In this document: piece after piece, positions 48,128 through 59,033 of the stretch
How the letters are laid out: the number at the start of each line of letters is the position of its first letter
Position numbering within the stretch: the first letter of the stretch is position 1
Source of the DNA: an uncultured delta proteobacterium
GTDB lineage: Bacteria > Desulfobacterota > Binatia > Binatales > Binataceae
Assembly (NCBI GenBank): GCA_963842085.1
Contig: CAWJET010000001.1
Span: forward strand, 736,001-800,000
Reading direction: 5' to 3'
DNA length: 64,000 bases
Made by a program: the position numbers and the translations under genes
The notes under the pieces: generated by a model
What the model saw: only the letters and a program-made list of their open reading frames with translations
What the model was told of the DNA's origin: nothing
Database searches by the model: none

Positions 48128-48550
48128 TCAGGCAGTCGGCACGAATGCCCGTTTGTAATGGCCGAGTACCGTGTCCCATCCGGAGTCGTAATTCTTGCGC
48201 GCGTCGCTGGTCTGCGCGCTCTGCTCCCATCCGCTATGCTCGAGCTCAATGCGCGTTCCGCCGGCCTCGGCGACGAACCTGATTTCTACTTGGGTGACGA
48301 TCTCCCAGCTCGGCGCGCGCCAGGTGAAAGCCACCCGCGATGCGGGCTGATAGGCGGTCACGCGTCCGATCTCATACTCAGTGCCGTCGGCGCGCCTTTC
48401 GAAGAAGCGCCCCCCGACCTGCCGTTCGAGAAACAGCTTGCTGTCCTTGCCGCCGAAGCCTCCCGGCCACCATTCGCTCATTTCCTCGCAGAACACCTTG
48501 AATGAAGTCTCCGGCAGCTGTCCGACCCAAATGACCTTGCGAATGGTCAT
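48128..48550 (-). CDS. SRPBCC/AHSA1 domain protein
   Basis: EWWP, GGRFFE, RVAFTW, GTRIELEHSGW, GWDTVL. Confidence 0.88.
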   Translation of the reverse strand: MTIRKVIWVGQLPETSFKVFCEEMSEWWPGGFGGKDSKLFLERQVGGRFFERRADGTEYEIGRVTAYQPASRVAFTWRAPSWEIVTQVEIRFVAEAGGTRIELEHSGWEQSAQTSDARKNYDSGWDTVLGHYKRAFVPTA

Positions 48551-48867
48551 CGCTTTCCCTCCGCATAACGTTTGAAGGCATCGAGCGTGACGTCCCAGAA
48601 TCCAGCCACCGCCTCGAGCTGATCGAGCATCTCTTGCATCGCTCTGCCTCCTGAGGGTGCCAGCTCGTAGATTCGTTTGCGCCCGTTTCTTCTCGCCTTT
48701 ATCAGACCAGCTTTGGTGAGCAGCCGAGTGTGTTTGCAGATCGCGGGGCGGCTCATCGCAAATCCGCCGGCCAGTTCACCGGCACGACGCGGCGCGTCCG
48801 CCAGCCGACGCAGGATCTCTCTGCGCGTCGGATCCCCCAGCGCAGCGATGGTTTTGTCCAAAGCCAT
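48547..48867 (-). CDS. ArsR family regulator
   Basis: ALGDPTRREIL, SRPAICKHTRLL, FWDVTLD. Confidence 0.9.
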   Translation of the reverse strand: MALDKTIAALGDPTRREILRRLADAPRRAGELAGGFAMSRPAICKHTRLLTKAGLIKARRNGRKRIYELAPSGGRAMQEMLDQLEAVAGFWDVTLDAFKRYAEGKR

Positions 48868-48878
48868 TGGGATTATCT

Positions 48879-48894
48879 GTAACCTAATGGTTAC
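48879..48894. promoter_or_regulatory. Palindromic ArsR operator candidate
   Basis: GTAACC-taat-GGTTAC just upstream of the arsR start. Confidence 0.6.
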
Positions 48895-49017
48895 GTATTG
48901 TCAACGGCCGATCAGGGCCGTTGAATCTCGGTTGCCCAGACGACCCGCGATGCTGTAAGAACGAAAACAGTAGCGCAACAGTTGGCCAACCTTGTCCTCG
49001 TAGGAGGGATCTTTTCG

Positions 49018-50751
49018 ATGGCCGATTTCGATCTTCACATCAAAGGTGGAACCGTCGTTGACGGATCCCGCGTGCCGCGATACCGCGCCGACATCTGGAT
49101 CAAGGACGGCAAGATCGCACAGATCGGCGGTCGCGCCCCCGGCTTCGCGAAAAAAACCATCGACGCAGGCGGCCTGATCGTCGCTCCGGGCTTCGTCGAT
49201 TTGCATACTCACTACGACGCGCAGATTCGATGGGATCCTTACTGCACCATCTCGGGATGGCATGGCGTCACCTCGTTGGTGCTCGGCAACTGCGGTTTCG
49301 GCTTCGTGCCGGTCAAGCCGGAATTTCGCGAGCGCTCGATGCTCACGATGACGCGCACCGAGGCGATTCCCTACGAGTCTATGAAGGCGGGGATGAAGTG
49401 GGATTGGGAAACGATCCCGCAGTACCTCGACTCGCTTGATCGCACCGCCAAGGGCGTCAATGTCATCCAGTACTTGCCGACCTCGTCGATAATGACCTAC
49501 GTGATGGGGCTCGAGGCGGCCAAGACGCGGCCCGCGACGGAAGACGAACGCGCAGAGATGCGCCGCATCTTCGCCGAAGGAATGGACGCCGGCCTGGGCG
49601 GCTTCTCGGTGCAACGGCTGGGACCCGATTCAACGCAGGCCGACTTCGATGGCTCGCCGATGGTTACCGACACGATGTGCGACGAGGATATCCTGAACCT
49701 CGCGCGGGTTCTGCGCGAGCGCGACGAGGGCTTCATCGAGATCACGCAGGCGACCGGGAACATCAAGGACGACCTCGCGTTCCTCGAACGGCTCGCCGCC
49801 GAGGCCAATCGTCCAATCCTGCACAACGTGATCGCGCCTGCCCGCCGCGATCCCAAGGTTCATCAGCGCAGCATGGCGTGGCTCAGGCGATGCCGCGACA
49901 AGGGTCTGCCGATCTTCGGTCAGGCGTTCACGCTCCGCACCGGCTTCGCGTTCACGCTCGAGCATTGGAACCTCTACGACGCGAGCCCCGCGTGGCGCTC
50001 CGTCACCACCGGCACCAACGCCGAAAAAATCTCCAAGATGAAGGATCCGGCGCTGCGCGAGGCGATCAAGCGCGAGCACGACGAGGCCAATCGCAAGCTC
50101 GAAGCCATCCAGGCCGGTGTCGGTGGTCCGATTCGTCATCTGATCGTGACTTGGGGCGGCGACAATCCCGCGCTCGAGAAGTACGTCGGCAAATCGCTCG
50201 GCCAAATCTCGACCGAAGAAAACAAGCACGAGATCGACGTGATGCTCGATCTGTCGATCGCCGGCGACCTCAAGGTCGAATTCCTCGGTCCTAACCGCGG
50301 TTTCAACCCGGAATACTACGCCGAGATGATCAACGACTCGCCCTACACGATTCCCGGCGTGTCGGACGGCGGCGCGCACACCAAGTTCTTCACCGGCGGC
50401 GCCTACACGACCGACTTCCTCGGCTGGCTGGTGCGCGACGAACAACGCATCACGCTCGAGGAAGCGCACTACCGGCTCTCGGCCCTGCCCGCGCATGCAG
50501 CCGGCTTCCGCGACCGCGGCGTCCTGCGCGAGGGGCTGGCGGCCGACGTCGTCGTTTACGATCTCAATCGGCTCGGCGTCGAGCCCGATTGGGTCGGCGA
50601 TATTGCGCACGACTTTCCCGGCGGCGAATGGCGTCGCGTGCAGCACGCGCGCGGCTACCGCGCGATCATCGTCAACGGCGAGATGACCTGGGACGACGGG
50701 CAATGCACCGGCGCGACACCCGGCAGGCTGCTGCGCGGCGGGCGCGGCTAA
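49018..50751 (+). CDS. N-acyl-D-amino-acid deacylase family amidohydrolase
   Basis: PGFVDLHTHYDAQ, HGVTS..LGNCGFG, SDGGAH, DFPGG. Confidence 0.9.
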   Translation: MADFDLHIKGGTVVDGSRVPRYRADIWIKDGKIAQIGGRAPGFAKKTIDAGGLIVAPGFVDLHTHYDAQIRWDPYCTISGWHGVTSLVLGNCGFGFVPVKPEFRERSMLTMTRTEAIPYESMKAGMKWDWETIPQYLDSLDRTAKGVNVIQYLPTSSIMTYVMGLEAAKTRPATEDERAEMRRIFAEGMDAGLGGFSVQRLGPDSTQADFDGSPMVTDTMCDEDILNLARVLRERDEGFIEITQATGNIKDDLAFLERLAAEANRPILHNVIAPARRDPKVHQRSMAWLRRCRDKGLPIFGQAFTLRTGFAFTLEHWNLYDASPAWRSVTTGTNAEKISKMKDPALREAIKREHDEANRKLEAIQAGVGGPIRHLIVTWGGDNPALEKYVGKSLGQISTEENKHEIDVMLDLSIAGDLKVEFLGPNRGFNPEYYAEMINDSPYTIPGVSDGGAHTKFFTGGAYTTDFLGWLVRDEQRITLEEAHYRLSALPAHAAGFRDRGVLREGLAADVVVYDLNRLGVEPDWVGDIAHDFPGGEWRRVQHARGYRAIIVNGEMTWDDGQCTGATPGRLLRGGRG

Positions 50752-50762
50752 CGGCACCGCCG

Positions 50763-51440
50763 ATGGCCGTACAAATCTACAGCATGACGTCGGTGGCCGA
50801 CGCGCTCGCGACGGCAGACGCAGGAGCCGATCTGATAGGCCTGGTCATCGCCGAGCCCGGCGTCGTTCCCGAAGCAATCGGCGCCGGCCTGGCCCGCGAA
50901 ATTCTCGGCGCGATCCGCCCGCGCTCGCGCGGTGTGGCACTGTCGCTCTCCGACGATCGCGACGAGATTTGCGCGATGGTTGACGCCGTCCGCCCCGACG
51001 TCCTGCACGTGGTCGCGCGCGAGATCGAGCCCGAAGACTGCGCCTGGATTCGCAAACGCGTAGCGCCCGTCATGCTCCTGCGCGCGATTGCCGTGCGCGC
51101 CGGCGAAACCCTGACCGAGGCCGACGCGCATCAGGACTGCGTCGATTACCTGATGCTCGATTCAGGCGCCAAAGGCCGGCCGTTTGCCGGCGCCACCGGC
51201 GAGACTCACGATTGGTCAATCAGCCGCACCGTGGTCGAGCGCTCGCGCATCCCGGTGATCCTCGCCGGCGGGCTCTCCGCCGACAACGTCGCCGACGCGA
51301 TCGCCACCGTCAGGCCGTGGGGCGTCGACTCGTTCACGCACACCGACCTTCCGGGCCATCGCGGGAAAAAGGATCCGGCGCGCGTGCGCGCATTCGTCGC
51401 CGCCGCCAAGCGCGCGTTCGCGGAAAATCTGAAAGGCTAA
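50763..51440 (+). CDS. trpF: Phosphoribosylanthranilate isomerase family (TrpF-like)
   Basis: GADLIG, LMLDS, GATGETHDW, ILAGGLSADNV, PWGVDS, KKDP. Confidence 0.75.
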   Translation: MAVQIYSMTSVADALATADAGADLIGLVIAEPGVVPEAIGAGLAREILGAIRPRSRGVALSLSDDRDEICAMVDAVRPDVLHVVAREIEPEDCAWIRKRVAPVMLLRAIAVRAGETLTEADAHQDCVDYLMLDSGAKGRPFAGATGETHDWSISRTVVERSRIPVILAGGLSADNVADAIATVRPWGVDSFTHTDLPGHRGKKDPARVRAFVAAAKRAFAENLKG

Positions 51441-52912
51441 CGAGCGGCGTTGCGCGCGAGCAGCGCGGCGGCCTCCTTTTCGACGCGCGTGCCCTTGAAA
51501 AAATTCGGGTTCGCGTCGCCCCAGAAGCGTACCGGGTTGACGAACATGAAATCGCGGAAGTCGTCCTCCGTGATCAGCTCGTGCTCGACCAGCTCGTACG
51601 CCTCCGGCACGACGTCCTTCATGTCCGGCACGTCGAAATGCCCGATGTCCGAGCCGAACAGCACGTTGAGCTTCGCGCCGTACGGATTCGCCTTGCGATT
51701 GAACGCGTATGCATTGGTCGGATCGTCGGCTTCGCAGCCGAAATAAAAATTATCGACGAACAAATCGCGGATGTCTTCCGCTCGCTTGATCTTGCAAGCG
51801 GCAAAATCGTCGAGCTCGCGAATTCCGCCGGTCGCGCGGCTTTGATCGGGTTCGAGAATCGTCTCGACGCTGCCCGCCTTCTGCTCGATTTTGCCCGCGA
51901 CCCACTTTCCGCCATACTCGAGGATCAGTTGCGTCAGCATCTCACGATTCAGGTTGGCGGGGTTCGTATCTTCGAGCGCTTCGCGATTGCGCTTCTTCCA
52001 ATGACCGATCAAATCGCAGTAAAGCCCGCAAGCCCATCCGACTCCGCCTTCGAGGAACCCCATCTTGAGTTGCGGAAACCGGCGCGTCACGCCCCCTAAG
52101 AAAATCGCCTTGCATACCGCTTCGCTCGCCGCGGCGAAATGCCCGATGTGGTTGTAAACGAAATTGGTCGGCGAATTGCGCAATCCAACGCCGCGTGAAC
52201 CGGAATGAAATGTCGGCGAGATTCCCAACTCGACGCATTTCGCCCACACCGGATCGTAGTTGTACTCGCTGTCGAGCCCGAGCATGTCGAACCACGTCGC
52301 GAATCGCGCCGCGTCGGGCGTCTTCGCGGCCACCGCCGGTATCTGGCGGCGCACCATGCTCGCCATCATCACGACCTTCAGCCCGAGTTCCTTCACCACG
52401 TACTCGAGTTCCGCACACGCCTCCTCGGGAGTATGCATCGGGATCACCGCGGCGGGCGTAATGCAGTCGGAAAATTCTCAGAAAAATTCCGCGATGAACC
52501 GGTTGAACGCGCGGCACGTCGTGCGCCGCGTTTCGTCGTCGGGATGGAACGGCACACCCAGCCCTGCGGTCGGATACAACACGGTGAAATCCATGCCGAA
52601 TTCGTCGAGCCTTTCGTAGAGCAGCCGCGGCAAAATCTCGGTCGCGCGATCGCGAGTGTTCTTCGTCGGCAGCGCCCAGAATGCTTCCTGCGCGCGGCGC
52701 TTGAGCTTGCGTTCTTCCTCCGAGGCCGTCAGTTGCTTCGACACCCGGCCGTTGAACGCGCGAAATCCCTCGACGGCGCGGCTGCCGCCGAATTTTTTCA
52801 ACTGCTCGACGATGATCGGCCCGAACTCCAGCCAATGCCCGTCGGCGTCGATCACCGGATGCTTGAGACTCGCGCGAATCCGCTGCGCCTCTGACTTGCT
52901 CCCGCTGGACAT
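51437..52912 (-). pseudogene. Amidohydrolase_2 family gene interrupted by in-frame TGA at 52478-52480
   Basis: IDADGH N-terminus; ...FIAEFF*EFSDCITPAAVIPMHTP continues in frame to FGSDIGHFD. Confidence 0.75.
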
Positions 52913-53106
52913 CGCTGCGCCTCCAATTTTATTTCCGAAGCTTAGTATCGAAGCCGCGCCGCCGCCAAGCGCTACTCGGCAGCGCCGCCGCAGTTTGCGC
53001 GCTGCACCAAAGCCTCTAGGCTCACACGCGCCGACAGTCTAAAATTCATTCCTTTCCAGAAAGCACAAAGGTCCGTTCCACCCGGCGCGATTTCCCGGGA
53101 GGCAAA

Positions 53107-54271
53107 GTGATCCCGCTTCGCTACAACTTGCGCAGCCTGATGGTTCGCCGCGCTACCGCCGCGATGACGGCGTCGGTCATCGCGCTGGTCGTGATGCTGC
53201 TGTTCATCTTGTCGGGCTTCGTCGCCGGCCTGCGCGCGACCGTGATGCAAAACGCGCTCCCCGACAACTGGATCGTGCTCAGCCGCGGCACCACCGACGA
53301 GGGCGGCAGCTTCATTTCGCACGAGCAATACGAGATCATCAAAAGCCGCCCGCAAATCGCGACGACTGCCGACGGCCAGGCGCTCGTCTCGCCCGAGGTG
53401 ATCACCGGCTTCAATCCCGTGCCCGACGCGCCCCCTTCGCGCGCGATATTCACGCTGCTTCGCGGCGTCTATCCAATCGCCTACCAGGTCCATCGCGCGA
53501 TGCGCTTGCAGAGCGGGCGCTGGCCAAAATCGCGGCACGCCCGAGATGGTCGTCGGCTGTAAGCTGGCCGCGCGTTTTCCCAATCTCGCGGTTGGGAGCG
53601 ATTTCAAATTCGGACCGCGGGTCTTCAAAATTGTCGGTATTTTTTCCGATCGGGACAGCGCGCGCGAGTCCGAAGTGCTGACCGACCTCGGTATTCTGAC
53701 CCAGGATATCCACGTCGCTAACGGCTTCCAGGTGCTTCACGTCGTGCTCAAGCCGGGCACGCAAGACGACTTCGCCAAGTCGCTGACCACCGATTCGCGG
53801 CTCAAGGTCGATACGATGTCGGAGCAGGAGTTTTACGCGAAGCAAACCGGGTTCGTCGATCAGCTGCGCGCGCTCGGCCTGATCGTTGCTCTCGTTCTCG
53901 CCATCGGCTCAATGTTCGGCGCGATGAACACGATGTATTCCGCGGTTGCGCGCCGCACCGGCGAAATCGGCGTGCTGCGAGTGCTGGGCTTCAGCCGCTT
54001 CAACGTGCTCGCCAGTTTCGTAATCGAGAGCGTCGTGCTCGCGCTCGCCGGCGGCGTGCTCGGCGAGATCCTCGGCGTGCTGGTCGCGTATTCGACCGGA
54101 CTCAGCAGCCAACTGATGAACGTCGGCGAGTTCATCTTCAGGTTTCGGCTGACGCTGGGCGCGTTCGTGTCGGGGATGATCGCCGCAATTCTGATCGGAG
54201 CGCTCGGCGGATTCCTGCCCGCATGGCGCGCCTCGCGCATCGGAATAATCGAATCGCTGCGCTCGGTCTGA
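53107..54271 (+). pseudogene. ABC (MacB/FtsX-type) permease with a frameshift near 53526-53529
   Basis: Removing one A from ccaaaat joins GRWP-NRGTPEMVVG; C-terminal GAMNTMYSAVARRTGEIGVLRVLGF. Confidence 0.75.
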
Positions 54272-54282
54272 ATGGGAGCATC

Positions 54283-55443
54283 ATGTTCAACTGGATAAAA
54301 TTGATCGAGCGCAACATGCGCCGGAATTTGCGCCGCACCATCCTGACTATTCTCACCATCGCGCTGGCCACTTTCATCTACACCGTGCTCGTGTCGGTGC
54401 CGGCCTCGATGGATCGCGTCGTCAAGGACGCCTCGGGCACGCTCCGCCTCATCATCAACAACAAAACCGCGCCGTGGGAGGATCTGCCGGCGCGCTACTG
54501 CGACGACATCAACAAGATGCCCGGCGTCGCCGCGTGCGTGGCGATCACCGGATGGCCCGCGACGTGGCGCGACGTCAGCGATCCGGTGTTCGCCGTCGGC
54601 GCCGGGCCGGAAATAGCCGACGTGTATCCCGACTACGCGCTGACCGGCCAACAGCGCGAGGCGGCCGCGAAAGACAAGCGCGCCGCCGTCGTCGGCGAAA
54701 TTCTAATTCGCAAATACGGCTGGAAGATTGGCGAGACCGTCACGCTACGCAGTACCGACGCCGACCACATGGAAATGACCTTCATCATCGTCGGTCAGAT
54801 GAAGTCCAAGCGCTATCCCAACATCTTTCTCATTCGCCGCGACTACATGATGGCGACGCGCAAAGCGCACGGGCTGCCCGACGAGGACATCGCCTGGAAC
54901 ATCATCGTGCGCGCCACCAGCGCCGACGCGATGGCCACACTCGCCAAACAGATCGACGAGCACTTCGCCAATTCTGACGCCGAAACACGCACCATGACCG
55001 AAAGCGACGCGCTCTCTTCCGGCCTCTCCGCCATCGGCAACATCCGCGCGATCGTCTTCGCGCTATGCCTCGTAGTCTTGCTGACGGTCCTGCTCATAGC
55101 AGCCAACTCGACTGTCATGATGGTGCGCGAGCAAATCAGCGACGTTGCCGTGATGCGGGCGCTAGGCTTCGGTCGCGGCGCCGTCGCGTTCCTGCTGTTC
55201 GGCGAATGCGCCGCGATAGGACTCCTGGGTGGAATCATCGGCGCCCTCCCCGCACTCTGGATGTTCTCCGGCGGCATCACCTTAGGCGCCGCGCTAGGCG
55301 GCAACGGCGCCCTATGGGTAACCCCCGCTCAAACCCTGAACGCAATAATAGCCGCCCTGGCCGTAAGCATAGTAAGCGGCATAGTCCCAATAGTAGAAGC
55401 AGTCCGCCTTCCGCCCGCGCTGGCCTTTCGCAAAGTAGTTTAG
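54283..55443 (+). CDS. ABC (MacB/FtsX-type) permease
   Basis: RNLRRTILT, ANSTVMMVREQ..DVAVMRALGF. Confidence 0.88.
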   Translation: MFNWIKLIERNMRRNLRRTILTILTIALATFIYTVLVSVPASMDRVVKDASGTLRLIINNKTAPWEDLPARYCDDINKMPGVAACVAITGWPATWRDVSDPVFAVGAGPEIADVYPDYALTGQQREAAAKDKRAAVVGEILIRKYGWKIGETVTLRSTDADHMEMTFIIVGQMKSKRYPNIFLIRRDYMMATRKAHGLPDEDIAWNIIVRATSADAMATLAKQIDEHFANSDAETRTMTESDALSSGLSAIGNIRAIVFALCLVVLLTVLLIAANSTVMMVREQISDVAVMRALGFGRGAVAFLLFGECAAIGLLGGIIGALPALWMFSGGITLGAALGGNGALWVTPAQTLNAIIAALAVSIVSGIVPIVEAVRLPPALAFRKVV

Positions 55444-55462
55444 AATCGATACGGTAAGTCCG

Positions 55463-56119
55463 ATGACGCCAGACGCGCGATACATACTCATCTTCGTGGT
55501 GGTGGGAGTTCAGGTCGGTTTGACTGTTCTCGGCATGGGCGGGCTTGCGTTCTTTTACGCACACACGGCGCTGATAGCGCTCGCGATCGTGGGCGGCGTG
55601 ATGCTGGTCGCGTCGCTGTTCACCGAAGGAAATCTGAGCTCGGGTGAGCGCGAGGATCGTGGCAACCGCTGGGTACTTGCAGCGTTTGGAGTGATCCTGC
55701 TGCTCATCTCCTATCTTCCGGCCTACACGGATCGGATGGACTTTCTGACGATCGACGGCGAAACCGTTCGATGGATTGGCGTGGTGCTTTTCACCGTCGG
55801 CTGCACGCTGCGCTTGTGGCCGGTGTTCGTGCTCGGCCGGCGGTTCAGCGGGCTGGTCGCGATACAGCAGGGCCACACGCTGGTGACGAATGGGATCTAT
55901 GGCGTTATTCGCAATCCCAGCTACCTGGGATTGCTACTCAGCGTGCTGGGATTCGTGCTGGCCTTTCGTTCACTGGTCGGCGTTCTGATAGCAGCCATTC
56001 TGGTACCACCGCTGGTGGCGCGCATACACGCGGAAGAGGCTATGCTGCGCTCGCAGTTCGGCGCGGAATTCGACACTTACTGCGCGCGCACCTACCGCCT
56101 GATCCCCGGCGTATACTAA
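55463..56119 (+). CDS. Isoprenylcysteine carboxyl methyltransferase family
   Basis: HTLVTNGIYGVIRNPSYLG, RIHAEE, YRLIPGVY. Confidence 0.9.
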   Translation: MTPDARYILIFVVVGVQVGLTVLGMGGLAFFYAHTALIALAIVGGVMLVASLFTEGNLSSGEREDRGNRWVLAAFGVILLLISYLPAYTDRMDFLTIDGETVRWIGVVLFTVGCTLRLWPVFVLGRRFSGLVAIQQGHTLVTNGIYGVIRNPSYLGLLLSVLGFVLAFRSLVGVLIAAILVPPLVARIHAEEAMLRSQFGAEFDTYCARTYRLIPGVY

Positions 56120-56994
56120 ATCGTGTCGGACACGCCGGGGATGAACAGCGGTTCCATCGCGTACCGCTCGACGTCGGCCTCCATCTCCGCGCGCGCCGGC
56201 GCGGTGGCTTTCGCGCTCGCCGCATCCAGGATATCGCGCAGGAGCGTCGCGTCGCTCGACGTATTCAGGAACAGCCCCGGCCGGCTCAGCACGAAATGCA
56301 CGCCGCGGCGGATCGCGTCGCGGTCGCGCAGCGGCTCGTACCAGCTGAATTTTGGGCCGTCGCCATTTTGCCAGCGCCGCCGCGCCACCGACTTGATCGT
56401 CTGCGTCGCGACACCGCGCTCGCGGCAGACTTTAAGCAGCGCCTCGACGTCTTCTGCATACGACCTGATATCCAGCATGGTGAAGTTGTACGGAAACAGC
56501 ACCGAGTCGAATGCGAAGCGCTCCAGGCTGCGGCGATGCATCGCGGCTATCTGCGAACCGTGACCCGTGACTCCGATGAACCGCACCAGTCCCTGGGTCC
56601 GCGCTTCGACCAACGCTTCCAGCGCGCCGCCCCCTCCCAGCGCCGTCGTCCATTCATTCTCAGCCGCCAGGTTGTGCATCTGGATCAGGTCCACCTGATC
56701 GACGCGCAGCCGTTCGAGCGAGCGATGGAGACTGTCGCGCGCGCCTTGATACGTGCGGTCGCCAGTCTTGGTGGCGAGAAAAAACCGCTTGCGATGCTCC
56801 CGCATCCACGGTCCGATCCGCAATTCCGAGTCGCCGTACGACGCCGCCGTATCTATATGATTGATGCCGTATTCGAGCAGCACTTCGAGCACCGCGTCGG
56901 CCTTGTCCTGCTTCATTCCGCCCAGTGCGGCGGCGCCGAAAATAGCGCGCGTGCTCTGATGCCCGGTTTTACCGAATGGACTCGTCTCGATCAC
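56116..56994 (-). CDS. Aldo/keto reductase
   Basis: HIDTAASYGDSE, FLATK, SLERL, FIGVTGH. Confidence 0.9.
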   Translation of the reverse strand: MIETSPFGKTGHQSTRAIFGAAALGGMKQDKADAVLEVLLEYGINHIDTAASYGDSELRIGPWMREHRKRFFLATKTGDRTYQGARDSLHRSLERLRVDQVDLIQMHNLAAENEWTTALGGGGALEALVEARTQGLVRFIGVTGHGSQIAAMHRRSLERFAFDSVLFPYNFTMLDIRSYAEDVEALLKVCRERGVATQTIKSVARRRWQNGDGPKFSWYEPLRDRDAIRRGVHFVLSRPGLFLNTSSDATLLRDILDAASAKATAPARAEMEADVERYAMEPLFIPGVSDTI

Positions 56995-57138
56995 GACGTC
57001 ACCTCGCGTGTTTCTGTGAGCCCAATCTTACCCCGTCGCCGAACATTATTCACGAACGGATAATCGACGCGTAATCTCGCAAAACTCTTGCGCTTGCTCT
57101 ATGTACATGGAGAAATCGATCGTGAGGAACAAAATTAG

Positions 57139-57702
57139 ATGGGGCCAACAGGCAAAGCGATTTTTCTGACCAAGGGCGTCGGCAGGCATCGCGAGAAGCT
57201 CACCTCCTTCGAGCTCGCGCTGCGCGATGCGCGCATCGCCGAGTTCAATCTCGTTCGCGTCAGCTCAATCTTTCCTCCCGGCTGCAAGGTCGTTTCAATC
57301 CAGGACGGGCTGAAGAGCCTGACCCCCGGACAGATTGTTTATACCGTCATGTACGACAACTCGACCGACGAACCGCATCGCCTGATCGCCACCTCGGTCG
57401 GCCTCGCGATTCCCGCCGACAAGGATCAGTACGGCTACCTGTCTGAGCACAAGAGCTTCGGGCAGACCGACGAGAAGGCCGGCGACTACGCCGAGGATCT
57501 CGCCGCCACGATGCTCGCGACGGCGCTCGGGGTGGACTTCGACCCCAACGTCAGCTACGACGAACGCAAGGACGTGTGGAAGCTATCGGATAAAATTGTG
57601 CAGACGCGAAACATCACGCAATCCGCCATCGGCGATCGCGACGGCCTGTGGACCACCGTCGTCACCGCCGCGGTATTCGTAAATCTGCCGACGGATAAAT
57701 AG
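57139..57702 (+). CDS. pdaD: Pyruvoyl-dependent arginine decarboxylase
   Basis: [22 protein letters not shown] (Ser-Ser cleavage site), [16 protein letters not shown]. Confidence 0.9.
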   Translation: MGPTGKAIFLTKGVGRHREKLTSFELALRDARIAEFNLVRVSSIFPPGCKVVSIQDGLKSLTPGQIVYTVMYDNSTDEPHRLIATSVGLAIPADKDQYGYLSEHKSFGQTDEKAGDYAEDLAATMLATALGVDFDPNVSYDERKDVWKLSDKIVQTRNITQSAIGDRDGLWTTVVTAAVFVNLPTDK

Positions 57703-57707
57703 CGACG

Positions 57708-58160
57708 ATGGATATCAACGACCTCGAAAAGCGTATCGCGGTTCTCGAAGACATCGAGGCAATCAAGAAACTCAAAGCCCGCTACTGCGCGATCTGCGAC
57801 GACAATCACGATCCGGCGAAAATCACCGCGCTGTTTGCGCCCGACGGCGTCTGGGAGGGCGCCGGCGTCGGGCGACATCAGAGGCACGATGCGATCCGCA
57901 AACTGTTCCAGGGCTTCCAGGAACGAATCAGCTTCTCGCAGCATAACGTCATGAATCCGATCATCGATGTCCACGGCGAGCGCGCCACCGGCATCTGGTA
58001 CTTCATCGGCCCGTTCACCATGCGCAGCGGAAATCGCGCGATGTGGCTGGGCGCGCGCTACGAAGACGACTACGTTAAGCTCGACGGCGAATGGAAGTTC
58101 ATGCACCTGCGCGCAATCGGCCGGATGTCGGCGCCGTACGAAAAAGGCTGGGCCAAGTAA
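57708..58160 (+). CDS. SnoaL/NTF2-like protein
   Basis: LEDIEAIKKLKARY, NPIIDV, YEDDYVKLDGEWKF. Confidence 0.88.
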   Translation: MDINDLEKRIAVLEDIEAIKKLKARYCAICDDNHDPAKITALFAPDGVWEGAGVGRHQRHDAIRKLFQGFQERISFSQHNVMNPIIDVHGERATGIWYFIGPFTMRSGNRAMWLGARYEDDYVKLDGEWKFMHLRAIGRMSAPYEKGWAK

Positions 58161-58164
58161 GTTC

Positions 58165-59031
58165 CTATTTCGAGCTGAACAGCTCGAGCCGCGAACCAAC
58201 CACTTTCTTCACCGCCTCGACCGCCGGCCCCAGGATCTTGTACGGCGCCACCTCGTTTGCCTCCGCCGCCAGCCCCGCTTCGACTCCCCGTCGCCATGCC
58301 AGCCGCAGTTCCGTGTTGACGTGGACGATGGTCATGCCGGCCCTGATCGCGCGCTTGAAGTCGTCGTCGTTGGTGCCCGACCCGCCGTGCAGCGTCATGA
58401 AGATTTTCGCCGCCGCCTTTATCTCGGCGATCCGCTCGATGTTCAGCCGCTTCTGGACGTTGCCGTGGACCATGCTCGCGAGCATTCCGTGCATGTTGCC
58501 GACGGCCGGCGCCAGCACGTCGACTTTGGTGGCGCCGACGAATTGTTTCGCCTCGTCAGGAGTCGTCAGGACTCCGACACCCTCCGGGACCTTGTCGATC
58601 ACGGCCGACGACGCGCCGATCCAGCCGATTTCGCCCTCGACAAGAATTGCAGGGTTGATCGATTTGATCGCCTCGATCGCTTTCTTCGTCTGCGCGATGT
58701 TTTCCTCGAGCGGGAGCGCCGAGCCGTCGAAGATGATTTCGTCGAAGCCGGCTTTCGCCGCGGCCTCGGCTTTGGCGATCGAGTGCGTGTGGTCGGCATT
58801 CAGAAAAATCGGATAGTCGTACTCGTCGCGAACCGCCTTCACCAGCGCCGCGGCCTGACGGACGCCGGTGAATTCGCGCTCGCCCTCGGACACGCCGACC
58901 ATCACCGGCAACTTCCTGTCGCGCGCGGCGGCGACGATCGCGTTGAACGAGACCAGTTCCGAAAAATTGAAATGACCGACGGCGACCTTGTCCGCCTCCG
59001 CCCCCTTCAACACTTCTCGCAGCGATGTCAT
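58165..59031 (-). CDS. fba: Class II fructose-bisphosphate aldolase
   Basis: GHFN, NADH, FDGS, VEGEIG, GNMHG, LHGGSG, VNTELR. Confidence 0.9.
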   Translation of the reverse strand: MTSLREVLKGAEADKVAVGHFNFSELVSFNAIVAAARDRKLPVMVGVSEGEREFTGVRQAAALVKAVRDEYDYPIFLNADHTHSIAKAEAAAKAGFDEIIFDGSALPLEENIAQTKKAIEAIKSINPAILVEGEIGWIGASSAVIDKVPEGVGVLTTPDEAKQFVGATKVDVLAPAVGNMHGMLASMVHGNVQKRLNIERIAEIKAAAKIFMTLHGGSGTNDDDFKRAIRAGMTIVHVNTELRLAWRRGVEAGLAAEANEVAPYKILGPAVEAVKKVVGSRLELFSSK

Positions 59032-59033
59032 GT

